Positions 47,969-56,500 of a stretch of DNA of 64,000 nucleotides are shown one piece after another. A model generated the notes under the pieces. The model was not told where the DNA came from. It saw only the letters and a program-made list of their open reading frames with translations, and made no database searches. This stretch comes from Deltaproteobacteria bacterium. Its GTDB lineage: Bacteria > Myxococcota_A > Polyangia > Fen-1088. The DNA lies in contig JANRKS010000001.1 in assembly GCA_033763315.1 (NCBI GenBank), forward strand, positions 224,001-288,000. Reading direction: 5' to 3'. The translations under genes and the position numbers were made by a program. Positions within the stretch are counted from its first letter, which is position 1; every line of letters starts with the position of its first letter.

Positions 47969-48808
47969 ATGGAGGTCACCTTTTGGGGCGTGCGCGGGTC
48001 GATACCGGCGCCGGGCCCCGGCACGGTTCGGTACGGCGGCAACACCGCGTGTGTTTCTGTGCGGCTGCAAAACGGCGAACTGGTGATCTTGGATCTGGGC
48101 ACCGGCGCGCGCAGCCTGGGAACCACGCTGATGGAAGGGCCGTTCGGCAAAGGACAGGGACGTGCCACGGTGTTGTTGTCGCTGTCGCAGTGGGATCACA
48201 TTCAAGGGTTTCCGTTCTTCATGCCGCTCTATGTGCCCGGCAACGAGTTCACGGTTTACGGTGGCACGAACCACACCAACGAGCTTGAAGACATCCTGGA
48301 GCGGCAGATGGCCGCGCAGTATTTCCCTGTGCAGACCTACAAGAACATGGCTGCGCGCATTTCGCTGCAGGCCTTGCCCGCGGGCAACACCTTCAAGGTG
48401 GGTGACGCCACCGTGCGCGCCGTGCGACAAGATCAAGGCCCACTCGGGGCCACGATCTATCGCATTGATGACGGCGGCCACAGCTTCGCGTACGCTGGCC
48501 ACGGCACGTGCCGCGACGGCGACGCGCGCACCGAACTTTTGCGCGACGTGGATTTGATGGTGCATGAATGCTCGTATAGCCATGGCGATTGGGAGCGGTA
48601 TGCGGATCGCGGTTTGTCGTCGGTGGATCAAGCGGTGGCGTGTGCCATGAGCGTGCACGCAAAGCGCTTGGCGCTGTTCCACTATGACCAGGACTACACC
48701 GACGCGGAAGTGGACGCGTTGTTGGCACGTGGGCAACGTTTGGCGCAAGAGCAAGGCAGCTCCACCCAGGTGGTGGCGGCCACAGAGCGCCAGACGTTGA
48801 CGGTGTAG
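47969..48808 (+). CDS. MBL-fold protein, degenerate paralogue of 44081
   Basis: Same FWGVRGS/YGGNT framework, but LSQWDH replaces HTHWDH and GLS replaces GHS. Confidence 0.85.
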   Translation: MEVTFWGVRGSIPAPGPGTVRYGGNTACVSVRLQNGELVILDLGTGARSLGTTLMEGPFGKGQGRATVLLSLSQWDHIQGFPFFMPLYVPGNEFTVYGGTNHTNELEDILERQMAAQYFPVQTYKNMAARISLQALPAGNTFKVGDATVRAVRQDQGPLGATIYRIDDGGHSFAYAGHGTCRDGDARTELLRDVDLMVHECSYSHGDWERYADRGLSSVDQAVACAMSVHAKRLALFHYDQDYTDAEVDALLARGQRLAQEQGSSTQVVAATERQTLTV

Positions 48809-48822
48809 CTTGAACCAGCGCC

Positions 48823-49776
48823 TTACGACGCTTGCAGGTAGCCGCGATCGAGCAGGCTCTTGAGCGCTTCGCCTGTTTCGAGATCGGGCATTTTAGATCG
48901 ATCGAACAGGCTTTGCAGCGTGCCGCCGGCCAAGGCGAGTTGAATTATGTCCAGCTCATCTGGCTTGAGATCACGCAGCTTGGCTTCCAACGGCCGCGCC
49001 AAGGCGATGACGGCCGAAGGCGCGGGCAGCTTTTCGCTGACCACCTTCAACTCATCCATCTGCCGCATGCCTTCCATGAGCAAGGCTTCCGTGGATTCTT
49101 GAATCTCTTCAAGCACGGTGCGGTCATCTGGCGGTTCAAGCTCGAAGAAACCCGTGGTCCACGAGAGCATGCGGTACATGGCTTTGCGTGGGCTCACGTC
49201 GAAGCCTTCGTCGATGCTGGCGAAATAGATTTGGCCGGTGCGAAAGTAGATGCGACCCGTGCCGAGATCCGAACGCAACACCAACAAGCCGGACTTGCGG
49301 CTGGTGGAAAGCAACTGAATGAGATCAGGCAGCGGAATCTCTTCGATGCTGCCCGACATCGTGCGCGAAGGTGGCCGGCGCGTGGCCTCCACCTGCATCT
49401 TTGAGCGGGCTTCGTTCTCAGAAATGTTGGCGGCGGCCAATTCACCCGAAAGGCCGACCAGCTTAATGATCGACGTGCCGATCAAGATCCGATCACCGTC
49501 TTTGAGCTCAACGCTGCGAATCTTTTCGCCGTTCACGAACGTTCCGTTTGTGGAACCGAGATCGGCGATCGTGATGCTTTTTTCGTTTGTGGTGATCTTG
49601 GCGTGCTTGCGCGACACCATGTCTTCCACGAGCACCATGTCCAAATCAGACGAGCGGCCGATAATGATTTCCCGGTTGGGGCGAAGTGGAAACTCGCCGC
49701 CTTGGTACTTGCCGGAAATGAACCGCAACGCCCAAAGCGCTGTGTCCGTTGCCCCACTGTTGTCGTTGTCTTGCAC
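48823..49776 (-). CDS. FHA domain + DUF4388 protein
   Basis: IGRS, VSRKHA, DLGSTNGTFVNG; MSGSIEEIPLPDLIQLL..SRKSG...LLMEGMRQMDE. Confidence 0.9.
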   Translation of the reverse strand: MQDNDNSGATDTALWALRFISGKYQGGEFPLRPNREIIIGRSSDLDMVLVEDMVSRKHAKITTNEKSITIADLGSTNGTFVNGEKIRSVELKDGDRILIGTSIIKLVGLSGELAAANISENEARSKMQVEATRRPPSRTMSGSIEEIPLPDLIQLLSTSRKSGLLVLRSDLGTGRIYFRTGQIYFASIDEGFDVSPRKAMYRMLSWTTGFFELEPPDDRTVLEEIQESTEALLMEGMRQMDELKVVSEKLPAPSAVIALARPLEAKLRDLKPDELDIIQLALAGGTLQSLFDRSKMPDLETGEALKSLLDRGYLQAS

Positions 49777-49862
49777 GCGCGTGATTCGGCTTTAAGTCTG
49801 GCCAGTTAAGAGACTCACCGTCATGGTAAGGCCGCTTGCACACCCCGTCAACTGAACGCACA

Positions 49863-50663
49863 TTAAGGCACGCTGGATGACGGTGGGTTTGGCGCCGACG
49901 GCACGGATTGGCCCCGCAGCAGGCGATCGAGGGCATCCGCGACCGGCTCCTCCACCAGCAGACCTGAATGGGTCGTTGGCAGCGTTACGTGGCGCGCCCC
50001 CTGAAGGATGGTGGTGCGCATGGGTGCGAAGAAGTCGCGATCGCCTGAGATTGTGACCAGATCCACGCCGGCGGGCAAAGGGGCTTCCTGCAACTCGCGC
50101 AGAAAGCTGCTTCCTGGCAGCAGCTGCCGGCTGGCGGCGCCCAACGGCACCGTGACGAGGCCAAAGACGGCGGACCACGTGCCCGCGGCGGGGGAGCCCA
50201 ACAGGATCAGGCGGCGCACGCGGTGGCGCCCGCCCAAACGTTTGAGGTAGTAAAGCCCCACCAAACCGCCCATTGAATGCCCCACGATGTCCACCTGGGA
50301 CACGCCCGTTTGCTGCACAAGCGACTCCACTTTGCGGGCCACGAGACCGGCGGTGTCGCGGATGTCGTGCAGGTTCATGCCGCCGCCCAGCTTATAGGTC
50401 ATCACCACGTGGCCGCGCTCGTGCAAGCGCCGGGCGAGCAGGTGCACCGAGCCTCGGTTGGCCAAATACCCCTGCAGCAACAGCACTGGGGCTGGGGGCG
50501 TGAGGGGGTCAGCGGGCGCGGGAACGGGGCTGACGACGCTGGCGGCGTGGGGCCCGCGGTTGCCCCGCATCAGCTGACGGACGTAAACCGCAGCTTGGCT
50601 GGTGTCGCTGACTTGTTGCTCGATAGTCCGCGCGGCGTCGCGGAGGCGGTCCAGAAACCCCAT
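49863..50663 (-). CDS. Alpha/beta-hydrolase (lipase/esterase)
   Basis: PVLLLQG, GHSMGG, LGSP, THSGLL. Confidence 0.88.
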   Translation of the reverse strand: MGFLDRLRDAARTIEQQVSDTSQAAVYVRQLMRGNRGPHAASVVSPVPAPADPLTPPAPVLLLQGYLANRGSVHLLARRLHERGHVVMTYKLGGGMNLHDIRDTAGLVARKVESLVQQTGVSQVDIVGHSMGGLVGLYYLKRLGGRHRVRRLILLGSPAAGTWSAVFGLVTVPLGAASRQLLPGSSFLRELQEAPLPAGVDLVTISGDRDFFAPMRTTILQGARHVTLPTTHSGLLVEEPVADALDRLLRGQSVPSAPNPPSSSVP

Positions 50664-50686
50664 CTATCTGTCGATGGTAGCACCCC

Positions 50687-53530
50687 GTGGACGCTTCCAT
50701 GAGATCCAACGCCGCCGAGACGCGGCCGCAATACAAGATCTTGGGACGCTTCCATTGCCAAGAGGCATTGGAGAGCGTTCCGCCGTTTGTGACCTACCGG
50801 GCCCGCACGCAGGGGCTGGCTGGGTTCGAGCGCGTTTTTGCGGTGAAGGTGTTGCCGGCCGATGCGCCTGTCACCCGCATTGATGCTGGGCAACGCTTGC
50901 TTGAGGCCGCGGCGCGCGCCACCGCGGCCAAGGACGTGCGCCTCGGCCAGGTCGTGGATTCAGGCACGGCGCCCGACGGTTCAATCTATGTCGCCACGGA
51001 ATTCGTTTTCGGCCTGAACCTGGCCTCTTTGCGCACGGGACTGCTGGTGGATTCGACCGGTGAGCGAACGGCGATGACGATGCTGTTGGCGCATCTGGCA
51101 GCGGAAATTGCCGGGGCGTTGGCCGCCGCGCACGAGATGAAGCCGCCGTTGGTGCACGGCGCCTTGGGGCCCAACAACATCTTTTTGACCGTACGGGGCG
51201 CGGTGAAAGTCATCGACTTTGGGCAACGGATGGCGGTGGCGCCTGGTCGTTTGGCAGGAGCCAAGCGGCAGCTATCGGCTTATGCGGCGCCTGAATTGTT
51301 GTTGGCTGGCGACGGATCGGCGGAAGCCGACGTGTTTGCCTTGGGATCGATGTTGTTCGAGATAGCCACCGGCAAAACGCCTCCTTCGGCGCGCAACCCA
51401 CGCAGCGCATCCGACTTGGCGCGGTCGCTGAGTGTGTTGCCGCCCGATCTGGCCGAAGTGTTGACGTCGCTGCTGCGGGCGGATCCCGCCAAGCGGCCGA
51501 CCGCGCGCGCGGCGGAAGTGGCACTTCGTCAGTCGGCCACGGGCTTGTCGGAACCTGAGCTTCGCGCGCACCTTGCAGGGCTGGCACGCAGGTTGACCTC
51601 ACCGGCGGCGGCGCCTGCCACTTCGGCTGAAAGCATGGTGGTGCCAATGCCTATGCCGGTGCAGAGCAATCCCACCGCCGTCGCTGCGCCCGCCACAGCG
51701 TCGCGCGAGGATCTGCGCAAAACACGCCCGGCGCGGTTGCCCAGCGAAGCGGATCCCGTGCGCCACACAGCACCCACGGCACGGCCGCCGGAGCCGATGA
51801 TGCCGGCCGAGCTTGAGGCTCGTGGTGCGGTGGCGCCCGAGCCGATGAACACGCTGCCGTTCGCGGCCCTGATCGAAAGCGGTTTGGCGGGCGCCGTTCC
51901 CGGGCAAAGCAGCCAAGCGGGTCAAACGGCCGAAGTGGCACCGAGTTTGGCCGATGTGGCCTTGACGGCCGAGGGCGCCGCGGCCGATGGCGGCGTGCAG
52001 GCGGCGGTGGTGGGCGAGGGCTCAAGCATGCTCGAGCTGTCGCTTGACGACCTTGAGGCGGTGCCTGCGCCGGAAGCAGAAGGGCTGGCGCCGGTGGCGG
52101 CCCAAGCGGTGCGCGAGACCTCGGGGCCTACGGCGCCTCTGCGACCGCCCAAAGTTCCGCCGTCACCTGTGGCCGGCATGGCTGCCGCCAGCGTCAAGCC
52201 GAACATGGAGAACATCACGACGGGCGAGATGAACGCGATGTTCGCGCCAGGAGTTATGGGCGACGTGTTCGACCCGGGTGCCACAACCGAGGCCCCCGGT
52301 CTTTCGGAGGCGAGCGATGACGACTTTGAGGATGCCGAGACGGGCGCGTTTCGGCGCGGCATGTTTGCCAAGCTGATGGGCAACGACGCCGAGACGCCCG
52401 TGCGCCCACCGCCGCCGATGGAGTTGGTGTTTCCACAAGACGCGGACGATCCCGCGAACGCTTCAACGCCTTGGAACCTTGAGGCCGAAGCGCCAAGCGG
52501 CTTTCACAGCGCGGCTGTGGAAGGCACAAATGAAGTGGGCGACGAGCAGCTTGTCATTTCAGGCGTGCATGCGGCCGCGCCACCGCCTCATCTTGAGGGC
52601 CCCAGCGCCACGCCGGCCTACGAAGAGCCGGCCGAAGAGGACGCCGGGGGGGCAGATTCCGACGAAGGCCCAGACGCTGATGAGCCTGAAGCCGGGGCGT
52701 ACGTGCACCAGGCCTTGTCGGACGACAGCGACTTGGACGTTGCGCCGAAGGGCAGCGGCAAGCGACGTCTGGCCATCACGCTGGCCACAGCCGCGGTTGT
52801 GGCTTCGCTGGGCGGCCTGGTGGGCGGTTACTTCGTGGGCCGCAAACCCGCGGGCGTGCGACAGCGGCCGGCTTTGCCCGAAGGTTTGGCCTCTGCGCCG
52901 ATCGCGGCGCCGAGCCCGGCCGAAGAGCCAACCCCGGTAAGGGCAGCAGAGGCGGAAGCCGAGCCTACCCCGCAAGCCAAGCCAACCCCGGTGAGGGCGG
53001 AAGCCGAGCCGCAGGCGGAAGCCAAGCCAACCCCGGTGACGGCGGGGTCAACCCCGGTGGGAGTGGGGCAAGGGGGGCCAGCGCCGCGGGATGTGCAAGG
53101 TCGGTTGCATGTGACGTTCAAGACGCAGCCCGTGGGAGCTGTGTTGTGGATCAACGGCGGGGAGCGCGGTTTGACTCCCGTGCGCACCGAACTCAAAGAG
53201 CGACACAAGACGTTGGTTCTGATCAAAGCTGGGTTCCGGCACATTGTTGAAGAGTTGGATCACAGCACGTTGATGGCGGAACGTGTCTATGAGCTGCAGC
53301 CGGTGGCGGCGCCGCAAGGGTCCGCGGCCGTGCGCGTGGAGTGCGAGCAAGAGGGCAAGTATCCGATCCTCATTGACGGTGACGACACGGGTCTGTTGTG
53401 CCCTGCGCTGGTGCGTGCCAGCGCGGGTGAACACATCGTGTCGATCTATGTGCCGTGGCGTTTTAAAGCGTACGAAAACAAGCTGACGTTGAGCGCAGGC
53501 AGAACGAAGATCACCAAGTTCGCAAAGTAA
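50687..53530 (+). CDS. Membrane Ser/Thr pseudokinase with C-terminal PEGA-like domains
   Basis: AVKVL, DFG, APE and ADVFALG kept; no GxGxxG; HGALGPNN replaces HRDxxPxN; long acidic linker, TM, PEGA-like tail. Confidence 0.85.
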   Translation: MDASMRSNAAETRPQYKILGRFHCQEALESVPPFVTYRARTQGLAGFERVFAVKVLPADAPVTRIDAGQRLLEAAARATAAKDVRLGQVVDSGTAPDGSIYVATEFVFGLNLASLRTGLLVDSTGERTAMTMLLAHLAAEIAGALAAAHEMKPPLVHGALGPNNIFLTVRGAVKVIDFGQRMAVAPGRLAGAKRQLSAYAAPELLLAGDGSAEADVFALGSMLFEIATGKTPPSARNPRSASDLARSLSVLPPDLAEVLTSLLRADPAKRPTARAAEVALRQSATGLSEPELRAHLAGLARRLTSPAAAPATSAESMVVPMPMPVQSNPTAVAAPATASREDLRKTRPARLPSEADPVRHTAPTARPPEPMMPAELEARGAVAPEPMNTLPFAALIESGLAGAVPGQSSQAGQTAEVAPSLADVALTAEGAAADGGVQAAVVGEGSSMLELSLDDLEAVPAPEAEGLAPVAAQAVRETSGPTAPLRPPKVPPSPVAGMAAASVKPNMENITTGEMNAMFAPGVMGDVFDPGATTEAPGLSEASDDDFEDAETGAFRRGMFAKLMGNDAETPVRPPPPMELVFPQDADDPANASTPWNLEAEAPSGFHSAAVEGTNEVGDEQLVISGVHAAAPPPHLEGPSATPAYEEPAEEDAGGADSDEGPDADEPEAGAYVHQALSDDSDLDVAPKGSGKRRLAITLATAAVVASLGGLVGGYFVGRKPAGVRQRPALPEGLASAPIAAPSPAEEPTPVRAAEAEAEPTPQAKPTPVRAEAEPQAEAKPTPVTAGSTPVGVGQGGPAPRDVQGRLHVTFKTQPVGAVLWINGGERGLTPVRTELKERHKTLVLIKAGFRHIVEELDHSTLMAERVYELQPVAAPQGSAAVRVECEQEGKYPILIDGDDTGLLCPALVRASAGEHIVSIYVPWRFKAYENKLTLSAGRTKITKFAK
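52928..53058 (+). repeat. Intragenic imperfect tandem repeat (PTPV/AEAEP)
   Basis: CAACCCCGGT occurs four times, with GCGGAAGCC units between. Confidence 0.7.
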
Positions 53531-53533
53531 CTT

Positions 53534-56500
53534 TTGCCGCGGCGGGCTCAAGGCGCCTCAAGCTTTGGTGGCGTTCTTGCGATCTATGGGCGGTGCTCTT
53601 TTACCGTTGAGCTGGCCAAACGCACGTCGCAAACGCTTTTGGTATGGGCGTTCGCTGTGTGTGTCATTGCAAGCGTGTTTGGTGGCTGCGATGTCGCGCC
53701 TGCAGGCAACCAAACCACCGTTGTGTCGCAAGCTTTAACGTGCGTGGCGCCCGCGGTTGAAGTGGCGTGCGTGAACGATTCTGATTGCAACCGGCCCTGC
53801 GCCACGGGGCTGTGCTCGAAGGCCACGGGCACGTGCCAATTTTGTTTATTGGATGCGAGCACGCAGTGCCGCGCGGCTGATCCAACTAAGGCGTGCGACG
53901 CCGCTGATTTTTGTAACCCCGCGGGTGCCACGCCATGGTTGTGCCCCGGTGATGCACCGAAAGCCGCCGGCAGCGTGTGCCGGCCGACGGCGGGATCGTG
54001 TGACCTTGCCGAGACGTGCGACGGCACATCATTCGCGTGCCCGGCAGATAAGTTCAGCAGCGCGGCCACCACGTGTCGTGCCGCTGTGGCCGGCGGTTGT
54101 GACGTGGCCGAATCCTGCACAGGCACCTCGGCGGCGTGTCCGGCGGACGCGGTGAAGAGCGCGGGCACTGTGTGTCGCGCCTCCGCTGGCGCGTGCGACG
54201 TTGCCGCTGAGACATGCGATGGCACAAGCAACACGTGCCCCGCAGATGTTTTCAAACCATCGGGCACTGTGTGCCGTCCTTTGAACGGCGCGTGCGACGC
54301 GGTGGCGGAAACCTGCAATGGCAGCACGGGTGTGTGCCCTGCCGATTCGTTCTTGCCTGCAGGCACCGTGTGCCGCGCCGACAATGGCGGTGGCTGCGAC
54401 GTGGCTGAAACGTGCACGGGCAGTTCAACGTCGTGCCCCAGCGACGGTGGCAAGGCCAATGGCACCGTGTGCCGGGCCAAAGCCGATCTGTGCGATCAAG
54501 CTGAAACCTGCAACGGCACTTCCCAGGTTTGCCCGGCCGACAAACTTGCGGCCGCGGGCACCACGTGTCGTGCGGCCGGCGCGGGTGGCTGTGACGCGGC
54601 GGAGGTGTGCACAGGTGCCAGCATCAGTTGTCCCGCTGATGCCTTCGCCGCCGCGGGCACCATCTGTCGCGCGGCCGCGGCGGGTGGCTGTGACGTGGCT
54701 GAAGCTTGCACGGGTGCAACCGGCACGTGCCCGGCCGACGTCGTACAACCAGCAGGCACCGTGTGCCGTGCGCTCAATGGTGCGTGTGACGTGGCTGCCG
54801 AAACCTGCACGGGCAGCAGCAACGCGTGCCCCGCCGATAGCTTTCGACCAAGTTCATTCGTGTGTCGCCCTGACAACGGCATGGGCTGCGACGTGGCTGA
54901 GAGATGCCCAGGCAACAGCAACGCGTGCCCCGCGGACGCGGGCAAAGCGACGGGCACCGTGTGCCGCGCGAAGGCGGATTTGTGCGACGCCGCGGAAACG
55001 TGCAATGGCACACCCGCGGCCTGCCCCGCGGACGTGATCGCATCGGCGGGCACCGTGTGCCGCGCCGCTGTGGCGGGCGGGTGCGACGTGGCTGAAACGT
55101 GTTCAGGCAGCGGCATCGCGTGCCCTGCGGATGTGGTGCGACCCGCAGGCACCGTGTGCCGTGCGCTCAATGGCGCGTGTGACGTGGCTGCCGAAACCTG
55201 CACAGGCAGCAGCAACGCCTGCCCGGCCAATACGTTTGCGCCCAACACAACGGTGTGCCGACCCGACAACGGTGGCGGGTGTGACGTGGCGGAGATGTGT
55301 CCCGGCAACGCCGCCGCATGCCCCTCCGACAAAGGCAAAGGTTCAGGCGTTGTGTGCCGCGCCGCCAGCGATCTGTGCGATGTGGCTGAGACCTGTGGTG
55401 CCACTTCCGCTGCATGCCCCACCGACAAGCTGGCCACGGCGGGCACAACATGTCGCGCGGCTGCACCCAATAGCTGCGACGCCCCTGAGGTGTGCTCTGG
55501 CATGACGGCCGCGTGCCCTGCGGACGTGTTGAAACCAGCGGGCAGCGTGTGTCGCGCGCTCAACGGCGCCTGCGACGTGGTGGCTGAGACGTGTGATGGA
55601 GCCACGAGCACGTGCCCGGCCGATACATTCAAACCCGCAGGCACAGTGTGCCGCGCCGACAATGGTGGTGGTTGCGACGTGCCCGAAGCTTGCACAGGCA
55701 GCAGCAACGCGTGTCCCGCTGACGCAGGCAAGGCCACAGGCACTGTGTGTCGCGCCGCGATCGATACATGCGATGTGGCTGAAGCGTGTGCAGGCACCTC
55801 TGCGGCGTGTGGCACCGATAAGTTTGTGTCCGCGGGCACCACATGCCGAACGGCGGCGGGCGCCTGTGACGCGCCCGAGGTGTGCACAGGAATGACGGGC
55901 TCGTGCCCCGGCGACATCGTGAAAACATCAGGCACTGTGTGCCGTGCGGCCGCCGCGGGTGGTTGCGATCTCGCGGAGACGTGCAACGGCACAGCCATCA
56001 CGTGCCCCGTCGATGGCTTTCAACCGGCGTCTACCGTGTGCCGAGCCACCGCGGGCGCGTGCGACGTCGAGGAAAACTGCACGGGCTCGGCGGCGGCGTG
56101 CCCCGCGGATGCGTTTGCCGCGGCGGGCGTGACGTGTCGTGCGGCCACCGGCGTGTGCGATGCATCCGAAGCGTGCCCTGGCAACGCGGCCGCGTGCCCC
56201 GCCGACGCCAGTGCGCCCAACAACACGTTGTGTGACGACGGCAACGTATGCAACGGCATCAGCAAATGCCTAAGCGGCGCTTGCAAGCCCGGCACACCGC
56301 CCGTTTGCGACACGGGCAACCCCTGTGTCACCGACAGCTGCGATCCCGGCACCGGATGCAAAAGCGCTCAGCTGCCCAACGGCACGGCGTGTTCCGATGG
56401 GCGCTATTGCACGATCAACGACGTGTGCACCAACGGCACCTGTGGCGGCAACGCACGCGATTGCGGCACGCCGGCCCAAAGCTGCCTGCTGGCCGCTTGT

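Noticed and set aside
53867-56230. Regularly spaced repeats as a CRISPR array
   Set aside because: Repeats are in-frame, degenerate at third codon positions and have no unique spacers; no cas genes
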